48,197 nt of DNA from Candidatus Poribacteria bacterium. Its GTDB lineage: Bacteria; Poribacteria; WGA-4E; UBA9662. Shown here piece by piece: positions 8,778-20,124 of this stretch (position 1 is the first letter of the stretch; each line of letters opens with the position of its first letter). The stretch is from contig JAYGDX010000167.1 in the NCBI GenBank assembly GCA_046582655.1, positions 1 through 48,197 on the forward strand. Reading direction: 5' to 3'. The notes under the pieces are model-generated. The model saw only the letters and a program-made list of their open reading frames with translations, was not told where the DNA came from and ran no database searches. Both the position numbers and the translations under genes were made by a program.

Positions 8778-11777
8778 ATGCGACACCGAATTTGCTATCC
8801 TTTTTTAATCCTCTTATTTCTGATTGGCTGTCTTGGGCCTCGACAATCTACAACAACTTCTGCTGTTTCAGCTAACCAGGTCAAATCAGAAATCCAGTCA
8901 AAAAAAGCAAGTCTCGCATCTGGTTCAGCTGTTAATCTCGGCTATCGGCGGATCAATCAGCCCGATCCCGTTGATTTGATGGATGTAGCTATCTTTCAAT
9001 TGGACAATGGATTAACTGTTTATCTGACAGAGAATCACGAAGAACCTCGTTTTTACGCTGAAGTCGCGGTTCGTGTCGGTGCCAAAAACGATCCAGAAGA
9101 TGCAACTGGGCTGGCCCACTATTTGGAACACCTACTTTTCAAAGGGACACAAGAATTAGGAACAATAGATTACAAAAAGGAAAAACCTCATTTGGATCGG
9201 ATTACCCAACTCTACGAACAGCATTTTGGAGAAGCGAACCCAGAAAAACGTAAAGAGATCTATGTTCAAATTAACGCAGAGTCGCAACTGGCATCTCAAT
9301 ATGCCGTGCCCAATGAATTAGATAAGCTATATGCATCCATGGGAGCGTCCTTCAAGAATGCCGGAACAGGCCAAGAATTGACGTTTTATCAGGTAAACTT
9401 ACCCTCCAATCGATTACAACAGTGGGCCAAAATCGAATCGCATCGTTTGTTTGGCACGCCTGTTTTCCGGCTATTCCATACCGAATTAGAGACCGTCTAT
9501 GACGAGAAAAATCTGGCTCTCGATAATAAAGGTCGACTGATTCGAGATGCAGTTTACGAGCTAGTGTACAAGAAACACCCTTATAGAAGGTCCACCTTAG
9601 GAACGGTTGAACACCTAAAGAAACCTTCCTTGGTCAAGATATATGACTTCTTTGATACCTATTACGTACCTAACAATATGGCCATATGTATTTCGGGTGA
9701 TATCGAGATTGAGGAAACTATCCAGATCATCTCTGAGAATTTCAAACATCTGGAACCACGGGTCTTACCTAACCCTAAGCAGTGGGAGGAAGATCCGATT
9801 GATGGGGTCGAACGAGTTACTGTCCAGTACCAAGGTGAAGAATACGTGATGGTCGTTTTCCAAACAGCACCGCGAAACCATACCGATGTGGAAGCTCTAA
9901 TGCTCTTTGACATGATTTTGGATAATGCTACTGCGGGACTAATTAATCTCAACTTGAACCAACAACAGAAAGTGCGACGAGCTGGTTCTCGTCCTACATT
10001 GAGCAATGACTACGGTAGCCAAGAGCTATGGGGTGTTCCGAAAAAAGACCAATCTTTACAAGCAGTCGAACAGTTGCTTTTGGAACAGATAAACCTGATA
10101 AAACAAGGTCAATTTGAAGATTGGATCATCCCTGCAATTGTGACAGATTTTAAAAAATCCCAGAAGGCAGGTTTGGAAAATAACGAAAGTCGGGTTGGAA
10201 CCCTTCGGGGCTCTTTTATTGCTAATCAAAGTTGGGAATATGCTATTCGTTCAATTTCACGAATGGAGAGGTTGACTAAGAAAGATGTGGTTGCAGTAGC
10301 TAACAAATACTTTGGAGATAACTATGTAGTTGGTTACCGAATCGATGCTCAGCATGAGTTTCCACAAATCGAAAAGCCAAAAATTGATCCTATCGAGATG
10401 GATCCAACTCGTCAATCAACCTTTGCTGCGTCGATAATGGCAATGCCAGTATCAGAAATTGAGCCCGTTTTTATCAAACCCGAACAAGATTACCAGATCG
10501 TTGACTACTATTCAGGGGTCAAGCTGTATCATTCCGAAAACCCGGTCAACGACCTATTCACCCTCACTTTCTCTTTTGAAGTGGGTAAACTCCACCATCA
10601 AAAATTAGGTGCGGCTGCCTTGCTATTGGATAAGTCCGGAACATCTCAATTCACATCTACGGAGTTGAAAAAAGAGTGGTACAAACTGGGGTCTGATTTT
10701 AACCTATCGGTTGGTGATCAATCTACCTCTTTCACAATGATAGGGCTAGATGAAAACTTTGGGCAAACACTGGCACTAGCAATGGAATTGGTGAAACGAC
10801 CACAAGCCGACCTCGCAACTTTACACGAGTTGATTCAAATTATTTTGGCCAACCGAGAAGACTTCAAAAAAAACTATCGTGCCATTGCTCAAGCCATGGC
10901 TGAATACAATCTTTATGGCGATCAATCGTCGATGCTTCGGATGATGCCCAATGAACAAATCACTCAACTCAAAGTTGACGATCTCACTCAGACAATTGTC
11001 AATCTACTGACCTATAAGCACGCCATTAGCTATGTTGGGTCATTGTCGGTTGAGGATCTGCAAAACCAACTCCGTCAACATCATACATTAAATGGTGAAT
11101 TACAAAGTCCTCCTTCATACGAGTTTTTTGTCCAACGCCAACCCAAGGACACGGAGATCTATTTCTTCGATAAAGAGATGGCTCAAGCCTACGTTCGCTT
11201 GGATTTTGGTGATGAGATTTATGACGAAACCAAGCGTCCTGCCATTTCGCTCTATAATGAGTATTTCGATGGTGGAATGTCAGGGGTAGTATTCCAGGAA
11301 ATGAGAGAAGCGCGAGCCTTGGCTTACGCTAGCTATGCTCGTTATGCAACAGGTAGCCGCGTTGGTGAACAGAACCAGATGTTAGCCATTGTATTGTGTC
11401 AAGCTGACAAAACACCGGAAGCGCTAAAAACATTTATTAACTTGATTGATAACCTCCCCATCTCAGAAGAACGGTTTGATATTGCTAAGGAGGCCATCAT
11501 CAACCGCTATAAAACGGCTAAAGTTGGATTCCGCGAAGTCATCGCTGCAGTGCGTACTTGGGAGTATCAGGGGCTGGAAGTGGATCCACGCGTTAAACGC
11601 TATCAGCAGATCCTGCAATCAGATATTGGTTTGTTGCAAGACTTCCACCGTTCCAACGTTGCCAATCGTAAGAAACTGGTATCGATCGTGGGTAAAAAAA
11701 GCGAAATTGATATGGAAGCCTTAGCCAAGTATGGTAAGATTACTGAAATCTCGCTGGATCAAATCTTCGCTTTTTGA
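8778..11777 (+). CDS. M16 family (insulinase/PqqL-like) zinc metallopeptidase, probable lipoprotein
   Basis: LDNGLTVYL, GLAHYLEHLLFKGT (HxxEH at 9117-9131), YYVPNNM, FQEMREARALAY; lipobox-like LIGC; GAGGTG RBS. Confidence 0.93.
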   Translation: MRHRICYPFLILLFLIGCLGPRQSTTTSAVSANQVKSEIQSKKASLASGSAVNLGYRRINQPDPVDLMDVAIFQLDNGLTVYLTENHEEPRFYAEVAVRVGAKNDPEDATGLAHYLEHLLFKGTQELGTIDYKKEKPHLDRITQLYEQHFGEANPEKRKEIYVQINAESQLASQYAVPNELDKLYASMGASFKNAGTGQELTFYQVNLPSNRLQQWAKIESHRLFGTPVFRLFHTELETVYDEKNLALDNKGRLIRDAVYELVYKKHPYRRSTLGTVEHLKKPSLVKIYDFFDTYYVPNNMAICISGDIEIEETIQIISENFKHLEPRVLPNPKQWEEDPIDGVERVTVQYQGEEYVMVVFQTAPRNHTDVEALMLFDMILDNATAGLINLNLNQQQKVRRAGSRPTLSNDYGSQELWGVPKKDQSLQAVEQLLLEQINLIKQGQFEDWIIPAIVTDFKKSQKAGLENNESRVGTLRGSFIANQSWEYAIRSISRMERLTKKDVVAVANKYFGDNYVVGYRIDAQHEFPQIEKPKIDPIEMDPTRQSTFAASIMAMPVSEIEPVFIKPEQDYQIVDYYSGVKLYHSENPVNDLFTLTFSFEVGKLHHQKLGAAALLLDKSGTSQFTSTELKKEWYKLGSDFNLSVGDQSTSFTMIGLDENFGQTLALAMELVKRPQADLATLHELIQIILANREDFKKNYRAIAQAMAEYNLYGDQSSMLRMMPNEQITQLKVDDLTQTIVNLLTYKHAISYVGSLSVEDLQNQLRQHHTLNGELQSPPSYEFFVQRQPKDTEIYFFDKEMAQAYVRLDFGDEIYDETKRPAISLYNEYFDGGMSGVVFQEMREARALAYASYARYATGSRVGEQNQMLAIVLCQADKTPEALKTFINLIDNLPISEERFDIAKEAIINRYKTAKVGFREVIAAVRTWEYQGLEVDPRVKRYQQILQSDIGLLQDFHRSNVANRKKLVSIVGKKSEIDMEALAKYGKITEISLDQIFAF

Positions 11778-11827
11778 TCCGTAATAACTCACAAATCGAT
11801 TCCCTTGATAACTTGTGGATCAATAAT

Positions 11828-13237
11828 TCAACGTGCTAGATCTGCCTTCAGCTCACCTAACATCCATATCCCACCTAAGTAAAATCCCGATCCAGCGAGA
11901 AACAACAGCCAAAGAGGAAGCAAATTCTGTAGAAGAATCAATCCTGCCCCCATCGTGAAAGATAAGACAATAATTCTGATTACAAAACCCATTTGGATTA
12001 AATGGGAGATTTGGAGGTGGATATAAATAAAACCAGCAATCAACAAGAAACTTTCACTAACAATCATCGCAATTGAACAGCCAATATGGCTCCATTTGGG
12101 AACAATCAAAAAGTTAATGCTGATATTCAAGATGGCCGTCAGTACCATGAGGATGGTAAATGCCCGTCTTTTATCAGTCGCACGAAGAACTGTAATAACC
12201 ACCGTCGTTAAGAATGTAAGACCACCAGACCAACTAAGCAGTTGCAATCCTTGACCAATCTTCTGCCATTCAAGTTGAGAAAATAAAAGAAAAGCTACTT
12301 TATCAGCAAGTACAGATAAGCCTATCGCTAGCGGCAGACCAAGTAGGAGCATTGCACGAACTGCATTGGTATAGCTTCGACGAAAAGCGATTGTTCCTTC
12401 TTCGAACTCACGTGACATCATGGGAAACATAGCCCCCATAAAAGCCCCTGGAATAATTGTAAAGGCATTAACGATGGTGAAAGCTAACCCATACCATGCG
12501 TTTGCAAGTTCGCCATCAGCACTTAATTTAGACAGCATAACCATGTCAATTCGGAAATAGATCAGATTAAAGATATTACCAATGGCAAAGGGCAATGCCT
12601 GCACCAAAATTATTCGCCAAATCGCGAGGTCAAAGTTAAACATGAGTTTGGTGAAACTGGTTCGAACCAGGCTGACACTTAAAACCAGGTTGACAAAACT
12701 TGCTATCAGCACAATCACGCAGAAGTCCTTTAAATCTATACCCAAAATGATGAAACCACTACCAACTATGGTGGCCATGACACGTTCGGCTATAACTGTA
12801 AACGCTTCATAATGCATCTTCTCGAAAGCTCGAAAGACGCATCGGAAAAGTTGAGCAATTCCGTTAACCAGTTCAGCTAGACCAAGAAGTTTAATCAATG
12901 CCATGGTTTCAGTTGGATACCCCAGCAACTTACCGGTTACAATCATCAAAATAAATGCAATAATTGAAAGTAGAATTCGGATGATCAGAGTATTGCCGAG
13001 AAAATGGCGTGAAGCTTTGAGGTGTAGGGTCATCTCACGTATCAAAGGAGCCTGCATACCGAGTTCGGTTATACTGGCAATCAGGCTGGTAACAAACATG
13101 GCTAGCAAGTAGCTTCCAATCTGTTGTTCAGTAAAGTAGTTGGGCAGGATCAAAACTGTTAACAGGAGAGAAAGCAGCCTACCGATAGTATGGGATATTA
13201 GTAAAGCCGATGTATTCTTAAATACAACTGTTATCAT
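11828..13237 (-). CDS. Oligosaccharide flippase (Wzx/RfbX-like, MOP superfamily)
   Basis: Many hydrophobic segments; KNT start, ELG, ALPF...IYFRIDMVML, FPMMSR, NFLIVPKW..IG motifs. Confidence 0.85.
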   Translation of the reverse strand: MITVVFKNTSALLISHTIGRLLSLLLTVLILPNYFTEQQIGSYLLAMFVTSLIASITELGMQAPLIREMTLHLKASRHFLGNTLIIRILLSIIAFILMIVTGKLLGYPTETMALIKLLGLAELVNGIAQLFRCVFRAFEKMHYEAFTVIAERVMATIVGSGFIILGIDLKDFCVIVLIASFVNLVLSVSLVRTSFTKLMFNFDLAIWRIILVQALPFAIGNIFNLIYFRIDMVMLSKLSADGELANAWYGLAFTIVNAFTIIPGAFMGAMFPMMSREFEEGTIAFRRSYTNAVRAMLLLGLPLAIGLSVLADKVAFLLFSQLEWQKIGQGLQLLSWSGGLTFLTTVVITVLRATDKRRAFTILMVLTAILNISINFLIVPKWSHIGCSIAMIVSESFLLIAGFIYIHLQISHLIQMGFVIRIIVLSFTMGAGLILLQNLLPLWLLFLAGSGFYLGGIWMLGELKADLAR

Positions 13238-13909
13238 TTAGGGATCACCCGATCTAACGTAATTTGGCGTAATTGAGAAGTAGTCATCAACATTTCCAGA
13301 TTGGAAACGTTCAGTACCTAGATACGCGATATTCGCACCGCGTGGGACATTAAAGGTTGGGATAACCAAAACGGGTTTGTTTAATCTCCTACGGATATCT
13401 TCACCATAACGATGGAGACCATTTCCAACAAAAACGACGGGACTATCACTGATATCATCGAGGCGATTTAGGATCTCAGCAAGCGGAACACACAGATCTT
13501 CCGTTTGGCGTATAAGATTTTCCCCACCTTGGAAGATAGCGGTGTATACCTGATCCCGACGCGCATCCAAAATGGGACAGATTAGTTGATTAGCATACCG
13601 TAAATTATAGGCAATCGCTTCAAGCGTCGATATGGCAAGGATTGGTTTTTTTATGGCATAACATATCGACTTTGCTGTAGCCACAGCAATGCGGACACCC
13701 GTAAATGAACCAGGTCCGGTAGCAACAGCCAGTGCGTCAATATCTTTGATGTTCAGATCACCCCATTCCAAAATCGTATTGATTGCTGGCATCAACCGCG
13801 AGGAGTGAGCTTGCGTAACATCGAGGGAATGTTCAGCAATAAGTTCTTGATCTACCAACAGGCCAACGCTACCAATAGCAGTTGAGGTGTCAATTCCTAG
13901 AATTGTCAT
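13238..13909 (-). CDS. tsaB: tRNA threonylcarbamoyladenosine biosynthesis protein TsaB
   Basis: ILGIDTS, HSSRLMP, GPGSFTGVRI, LDARR, PNYVR; AAGGA RBS before ATG 13909. Confidence 0.95.
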   Translation of the reverse strand: MTILGIDTSTAIGSVGLLVDQELIAEHSLDVTQAHSSRLMPAINTILEWGDLNIKDIDALAVATGPGSFTGVRIAVATAKSICYAIKKPILAISTLEAIAYNLRYANQLICPILDARRDQVYTAIFQGGENLIRQTEDLCVPLAEILNRLDDISDSPVVFVGNGLHRYGEDIRRRLNKPVLVIPTFNVPRGANIAYLGTERFQSGNVDDYFSITPNYVRSGDP

Positions 13910-13918
13910 GCTTTTTCC

Positions 13919-13948
13919 TTGCATACTTAATCAGATTTGTGCTAAAAT
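13919..13948 (+). promoter_or_regulatory. Putative tRNA promoter
   Basis: TTGCAT-N18-TAAAAT with TG extended -10, 15 nt upstream of the tRNA. Confidence 0.45.
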
Positions 13949-13963
13949 TCGCCTTTCAGGTGT

Positions 13964-14039
<76 letters not shown>

Positions 14040-14120
14040 TATTTTTTAGCATACTTTCCTAACTTTGCCTACCCTAGCACGACTACTCAACCTGCAACGT
14101 AAAACTGAGGCAACTCAATT

Positions 14121-14372
14121 TTGGAGAAGATTCGGGAACTTGTCGCCTTACTTCAGGCTGGGATTGAAGAATACGATGAGCAGTTAAAATCACTGCAAAG
14201 GGAACGTTTAAAGTTCCTACGGCTATCAATTACAGATGAGTTTGGATCTGATGAAGACGACTCAAAGGACTCTTGGATGCTACATCTAGCACAACTTGAG
14301 AAATCACTTGGCTTGCGCCTCAACGCACTTAGGCAAGGAATCAAAGATTCTGCGGCCTCAATAGACTTATAA
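14121..14372 (+). CDS. Hypothetical small helical/coiled-coil protein
   Basis: GAGG RBS, TTG start; 83 aa with two amphipathic Leu-rich helices around an acidic linker. Confidence 0.6.
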   Translation: MEKIRELVALLQAGIEEYDEQLKSLQRERLKFLRLSITDEFGSDEDDSKDSWMLHLAQLEKSLGLRLNALRQGIKDSAASIDL

Positions 14373-14578
14373 TCTAAAACCTGCTTTATGTTTAAGAGTA
14401 GCAATCAATCCTCACTTGAATCTATCTTAGCCAACAGTTGAAAATCGAATATTGTAGTGTTTTTTTCTGACTTTTTCAACCTGAATGATGACGCTTGAAA
14501 TTCGAATGATTCCCGTGATAAACTGTATTTACCTTGTTGTTTGGTTTTGTTCTAATTCTAACTGTTGAGATTTTTTGT

Positions 14579-17500
14579 ATGGGTTCAGAAGATACTCCCA
14601 ACGCTCAGGATAACAATTCCTCAATGCCTCAAAACATAGTATCCAACCCCAAATTCCTCCTGGGAATTATCGCTTTTCTGTCATTCATTATTATTGTCGG
14701 TATTGTCTATATTGTTCAAGAAAACCAGTTGAGGGATCGATATGATATCACTAACACAGTAGAAGCTAAAGATGAAACCCAGTTGGAGGAAGCTGATGTT
14801 ACAGAATTTGTCGTCGATTCTTTTTCTCCCTTGGGGCAGACCTCCAAACTTTCTGTAGTCACTGTCAGGTTTTCGCAACCGATCGCTGATGGTCTTCCGG
14901 CTGATAACCGTTCTGGTATTGCTTCGCTCAAGTTCTCTCCGACGATTCAAGGTCAATATAACTGGGTATCTAATAATCAACTTCAATTCCTTCCAGATAA
15001 TCCACTTGCCCCCTCAACAAAATTTATAGCTGAGATTCTGCCTGGAGTTGTAAATTCAGCCAATTACGTATTGACAGGCCAACGAAGTTTCAAATTTTCC
15101 ACCGAGCGATTTAGGGTTCAAAAGTCAGATCTCAATTTCGCTTATGATTTTGGCAGAAAGGAGTATAAGGTTGCCGGTCGGGTTATGTTTAACTACCCGG
15201 TTGAGGTGGATCAGCTTAAACAGCATCTCTCTCTGCATCTAGCTGGTACAAAACTTCCATATCAGGTCAAAGCAGTAGGTGCGCACTCAACCATAGAGTT
15301 TGAAACAGAAGAAATCCGAAGGCTTGGCAAAGATCAAACAATCATGCTGAGGGTTGGCGAAGGCCTGAAACCGATTGACGCTCAACTTGGATTACGTCGC
15401 CGATATAGCGACTCAGTTGTTTTAAGAGGAGCCGGCAACTTAGTCGTTGAGAGGGCCAGTGTACAGTCGGGAGGATCTGGTCACTATATTCGGTTGAGAT
15501 TTAGTTCGGAAATCGTTCCAGAAATGCTACAGCAATTTTTCTCGATCGAGCCAAAGATCGAGTGTCAAATTGTCAGCGATTATAACTCGCTAAGAATTGA
15601 AAGTAGTGATTTTAAGCCTGGCAATAACTACACTGTCATTATTCGGAGTGGGTTGTCTTCAATTGATGAGTCTCTGTTAAAACGCGATTTCACAAGTCGC
15701 CTAATTATCCCTGATTTGGAACCCAGTTTACGTTTTGTTGGAGAAGGTATCTATCTGCCCCGAGGCGGGAACTTAAACATTGGCTTGGCAACGATAAATA
15801 TTGACAAGGTACAAATTGAAATTGAAAAAATTTTTGTCAATAATATTAATTACTTGGCAAGTACACAGAGTTGGTCAAGTTGGACTAAAAACTTAGGGGA
15901 AAAAATCCATAATGAGGAGATTAATGTACAAAAAATTAGGAATGATGAGGTAATCACCCCTATACTTCTTAAAGACTACCTTGATAGTAATCGAACTGGG
16001 ATCTTCAAGATAATCTCACGCGAAGTCGATCGTGGATGGCGTAGAGCTCATCAGTGGATACTGATTACAGATCTTGGAATAATTGCCAAACGAGCGAACA
16101 AAGAATTGTTAATCTGGGTCAGTTCACTAGCTTCACTTGAACCGATACCCAACACTAAAATCCGGCTGATAAGCAGCAATAACCAAACCCTACTTTCCGG
16201 CAAAACGAATGCAAATGGTTTCATCAAATTTGAAGCGATTGAGAAACCAACCGCAGGTTTTCAACCATTCATGATCAGTGCGGAGAAAGGTGAGGATTTC
16301 AGCTTTCTCCAGCTTAACAAGACACTGATTTCCACCACCGATTTCAAGGTCAAAGGACCTTCATACTTACATCAAGGATATGATGCTTTCATCTACTCAG
16401 ATCGCGGTATATATCGTCCTGGGGAGCGGGCCAATTTAATAGCGGTTGTGCGTGACGGAAAAAACATGCCACCGCCCTCAATTCCAGTTGTGATGCAAGT
16501 TCTGAATCCAAAACAGCAAATCTTCGGTGAGTTTCGATTCCAAACTAACGCACAAGGAGCCGTTGAATTAAACCTTGATCTGCCATATTACGTAGAGACT
16601 GGTGGTTATACGTCTAAGCTTCTAATAGCCGATCAGGAAGTAGGTCGGCTAGTCTTCCGAGTTGAGGAGTTTATGCCTGATCGAGTAAAAGTTAAAATCG
16701 ATACGTCAGAGAAGGCCTATCAACTTGGAAATGAAGTTAGAGTTAATGTTGAAGGTTCAAATTTGTTTGGTCCACCAGCGGCGGGCATGAAAACAACTGC
16801 CACTTGCGATCTGGAAACTGATGTTTTTGTAGCAGAGAAATTTAAATCGTTTGTGTTCACTAACAGCTCAATTGAATTCAAAAAACAGCGACTTGATCTT
16901 GGTGAGTTGAAACTTGATAAAAATGGGAGAGCCAGCTTTTTACTCAATTTGCCTCCGCAGATGAAGTCCCCTTCGATCCTGAAGGGAATTCTGTCAGCAA
17001 CTGTAAGCGAACCAGGTGGACGGGCAATAAGTGCCTATAAGCGAATAGCAATCCATCCTTACTTACACTATATTGGTGTTCGGGGAATGACAGGTAAAGG
17101 TTATGCAAAAATTAATGAAGAGACGCCATTTGAGTTTGTCAGCGTGGATCAAAGTGGGGAAGTAGTGCCCAATCGAGACTTGGATGTAATCGTCTACCAG
17201 TTGTACTGGAATTCTATCTTACGCCGAGACAATCAGGGGCGGTATCGCTACATATCGGAGAAGCAGGAAATTGAGATCTCTTCTCACCGAATGAAATCAG
17301 GAGTCGAGATAAGGACGTTTACGTTCATTCCAAAAGAGTGGGGAGAATACCGAATTGAGTTCCGTGATTCTGAATCAGGCGCATCCAGTTCAATTGGATT
17401 TTATGCCTCTGGTTGGGGATATGTCCCGTGGGCAATGGACAATCCAAGTCGATTGGATATTGATCTGGACCGGCCATCATACTTGCCTGGTGATGTGGCT

Positions 17501-20095
17501 AAGGTCCAAATAAAAGCTCCTTTTTCAGGAAAGCTTTTCCTAACCATTGAGCGTGACCGGGTATTAAGTCACCGTACAGTTATGATGAAGGAAAATACGG
17601 GAGTGATCGATATCCCCATCACCACAGATTTTAGACCGAACGTTTATGTTTCCGCTAGTCTAGTTCGTTCAGCCCAATCGCTTGAAAGACACGCGCCTGC
17701 TCGTGCCTTTGGTATAGTACCAATTAAAATAGATGCTCATAAGAATCGTTTGCAAGTAGAGCTTAAGACTCCAAAACTGATCCGTCCAAACACTGAATTA
17801 GAAATTGATTACTACGTTACAGGCGAATCTGGGAAAAGTCATTTGACTGTTGCTGCGGTTGATGAGGGAATTTTACAGCTCACTGACTTTAAGACACCAG
17901 ATGCACACCAACATTTCTTCCGACAACGAGGGCTTGGTATTCAGTCGCATGACTCGTATTCAGCGATTCTACCGGAGATCAAAATCACCAAAGGTAAGTC
18001 AAGTACTGGAGGTGATGGTGTTGATGCTGGACGTAAACGCCGACTCAGTACTGTCAGTGTTAGCCGGGTCAAACCAGTTGCCATGTGGTCAGGGATTATC
18101 GAGACGGACCAATTTGGCAAAGGATCAGTTAAATTTAGCGTGCCACAGTTTAATGGAAGTTTACGAATCATGGCGGTTACGTTTTCAAACGATCGGTTTG
18201 GCTTTGACTCAGAAATGGTTACAGTCAGGGATCCAATTGTATTGACACCAACTTTTCCGCGTTTTGTCGCTGCTGGTGATTGGTTCCGAATCCCCGTTCG
18301 TGTTTTCAATGGTACTGGCCAAAAAACGGATATTGAAGTTTCACTAGTTAAAGAAGGTTTTGTTGAGATTAGTGGTTCAGCACTTCAAACCGTCACCCTG
18401 GAAGAGAATCAGGAAGATCAGGTTTTCTTCGAAGCAAGAGCCTATAATGCCATTGGTATAATCAAGTTTACGCTGTTAGCACGGAGTAGTGGCGCATCTG
18501 CCGTAAACCTTAAACCAACTCAGATTGTAACCAGTTTACCCTTACGTCCTGCTGCGCCTTTAGTTACGCAAAGTGGGTCGGGTATTGCAACAGATAACGA
18601 ACCAGCAAGTTTTATTTTCCCCTCAAACTTGCTTGAAAATACGGCAAATGTTGAACTGATACTCTCACCATTTCCCGCAACCAAATTTTCCGCTGGGTTA
18701 TCGTACTTGTTAACTTATCCGCATGGCTGCTTGGAACAAACTACCTCTAAGGTTTTTCCGTTGCTGTATTTCAAGGATCTAGCCAAAGCAGTTGGTCAAA
18801 AGCTTTTTATCAACAATGATGCTGATTATTATGTCATTGAAGGTATCCGGAAAATAGAGTCCATGGTTTTGTATAATGGACTCTTTGCCTATTGGCCTGG
18901 CGGAAGTCACTCCAATCATTGGTCGAGTACCTACGCAGCTCATTTCTTGGTTGAAGCCCGCAAAGTAGGTTACCAAGTTTCCGACCGTGTTTATGATCAA
19001 ATGATCAGCGGACTTCAATTTCAAATAAGACAAGTAGAGCAAGATTATCGTGGGAACGACCGTATTGCTTATGCCTGTTATGTTTTGGCGCTGACTGGGT
19101 ATCCTGAAAAGGCGACAATGAACTATCTGAAAAATAACCAGCGAAATTCACTTAGTGATTCGGGTTGGTTTCATCTAGCAGGTGCCTTTGGTGCGTCTGG
19201 TGAATTGAACACTGCCCTGAATATGCTTCCTCCTAGCATTTCAACTCAGACTGACGAGAATCGTGGATCTGGTGGAAACTTCTATTCGCGCACACGTACT
19301 GAAGCGATTATGCTTGGTATACTAGTTGACCTAAACGAAAATCACCCTATGACTATGCAGTTGGTTGAAAGACTCAGTGATGTAGCTAGCAAAAATAACC
19401 GATGGTACACGACACAGGAAAATGCCTTTGCGTTTCTTGCATTAGGCAAGATGTTGAGAAAAATGGTTAACGACAATTACACTGGCAAAATCATTGTTGG
19501 GGGTAAACATGTAGCGGATTTTGATGCCAATGATACCTATTATACCGATGAAACTTGGCTTGGATCAGAGGTTCGGATAGAACTTGAGGGCGATGGAAAT
19601 TGTTATTATTATTGGACAACCTCAGGAATTCCAACCGGATCAGTGGTCCAGGAATTTGATAAGGATTTAATGGTTCGGCGTCGTTACCTCAAGGATAATG
19701 GCGAACCAATCACGGATAATACTTTCAAACATGGATCAATAATTGTGGCAGAAGTGAAAATTAAGTCATTAAATATAGATTTAGAAAATGTAGCTATTGT
19801 CGATACGCTTCCGGCGGGATTTGAGATTGAAAACCCACGAATTGAGTCTCGTGCGGGAATTCCGTGGATTACCGATCAACAGTTCAAGCCTGACTATATG
19901 GACATTCGTGACGACCGGCTTGTTTTCTATGGCAACTTTAAGCGCGGAACCGAAATCAAATTTTACTATGCGCTTCGTGCCATTACTCAAGGTGAGTTTA
20001 CCTTGCCTCCTATTGCTGCCGATGCTATGTATGATCCTACAAAGTCTTCAGTCGCATCAGGTGGTCAAATTAAGGTTGCCACTGGTGAAATTTAA
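14579..20095 (+). CDS. Bacterial alpha-2-macroglobulin (YfhM type, thioester-containing)
   Basis: ITDLGI, YSDRGIYRPGE, VEEFMPDR, AAVDEGILQLT, YPHGCLEQ (CxEQ at 18728-18739), TTQENAFA, DIRDDR, MYDP. Start uncertain (14534, 14579 or later). Confidence 0.96.
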   Translation: MGSEDTPNAQDNNSSMPQNIVSNPKFLLGIIAFLSFIIIVGIVYIVQENQLRDRYDITNTVEAKDETQLEEADVTEFVVDSFSPLGQTSKLSVVTVRFSQPIADGLPADNRSGIASLKFSPTIQGQYNWVSNNQLQFLPDNPLAPSTKFIAEILPGVVNSANYVLTGQRSFKFSTERFRVQKSDLNFAYDFGRKEYKVAGRVMFNYPVEVDQLKQHLSLHLAGTKLPYQVKAVGAHSTIEFETEEIRRLGKDQTIMLRVGEGLKPIDAQLGLRRRYSDSVVLRGAGNLVVERASVQSGGSGHYIRLRFSSEIVPEMLQQFFSIEPKIECQIVSDYNSLRIESSDFKPGNNYTVIIRSGLSSIDESLLKRDFTSRLIIPDLEPSLRFVGEGIYLPRGGNLNIGLATINIDKVQIEIEKIFVNNINYLASTQSWSSWTKNLGEKIHNEEINVQKIRNDEVITPILLKDYLDSNRTGIFKIISREVDRGWRRAHQWILITDLGIIAKRANKELLIWVSSLASLEPIPNTKIRLISSNNQTLLSGKTNANGFIKFEAIEKPTAGFQPFMISAEKGEDFSFLQLNKTLISTTDFKVKGPSYLHQGYDAFIYSDRGIYRPGERANLIAVVRDGKNMPPPSIPVVMQVLNPKQQIFGEFRFQTNAQGAVELNLDLPYYVETGGYTSKLLIADQEVGRLVFRVEEFMPDRVKVKIDTSEKAYQLGNEVRVNVEGSNLFGPPAAGMKTTATCDLETDVFVAEKFKSFVFTNSSIEFKKQRLDLGELKLDKNGRASFLLNLPPQMKSPSILKGILSATVSEPGGRAISAYKRIAIHPYLHYIGVRGMTGKGYAKINEETPFEFVSVDQSGEVVPNRDLDVIVYQLYWNSILRRDNQGRYRYISEKQEIEISSHRMKSGVEIRTFTFIPKEWGEYRIEFRDSESGASSSIGFYASGWGYVPWAMDNPSRLDIDLDRPSYLPGDVAKVQIKAPFSGKLFLTIERDRVLSHRTVMMKENTGVIDIPITTDFRPNVYVSASLVRSAQSLERHAPARAFGIVPIKIDAHKNRLQVELKTPKLIRPNTELEIDYYVTGESGKSHLTVAAVDEGILQLTDFKTPDAHQHFFRQRGLGIQSHDSYSAILPEIKITKGKSSTGGDGVDAGRKRRLSTVSVSRVKPVAMWSGIIETDQFGKGSVKFSVPQFNGSLRIMAVTFSNDRFGFDSEMVTVRDPIVLTPTFPRFVAAGDWFRIPVRVFNGTGQKTDIEVSLVKEGFVEISGSALQTVTLEENQEDQVFFEARAYNAIGIIKFTLLARSSGASAVNLKPTQIVTSLPLRPAAPLVTQSGSGIATDNEPASFIFPSNLLENTANVELILSPFPATKFSAGLSYLLTYPHGCLEQTTSKVFPLLYFKDLAKAVGQKLFINNDADYYVIEGIRKIESMVLYNGLFAYWPGGSHSNHWSSTYAAHFLVEARKVGYQVSDRVYDQMISGLQFQIRQVEQDYRGNDRIAYACYVLALTGYPEKATMNYLKNNQRNSLSDSGWFHLAGAFGASGELNTALNMLPPSISTQTDENRGSGGNFYSRTRTEAIMLGILVDLNENHPMTMQLVERLSDVASKNNRWYTTQENAFAFLALGKMLRKMVNDNYTGKIIVGGKHVADFDANDTYYTDETWLGSEVRIELEGDGNCYYYWTTSGIPTGSVVQEFDKDLMVRRRYLKDNGEPITDNTFKHGSIIVAEVKIKSLNIDLENVAIVDTLPAGFEIENPRIESRAGIPWITDQQFKPDYMDIRDDRLVFYGNFKRGTEIKFYYALRAITQGEFTLPPIAADAMYDPTKSSVASGGQIKVATGEI

Positions 20096-20124
20096 AACAA
20101 CATCCAATCTAAAAGTGGGCACAG

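Noticed and set aside
11812..11824. TGTGGATCA, a DnaA-box-like 9-mer
   Set aside because: Single mismatched copy between convergent genes; no box cluster or origin genes.
14040..14578. Possible genomic island integrated at tRNA-Ala
   Set aside because: No integrase and no duplicated tRNA 3' end seen in the window.
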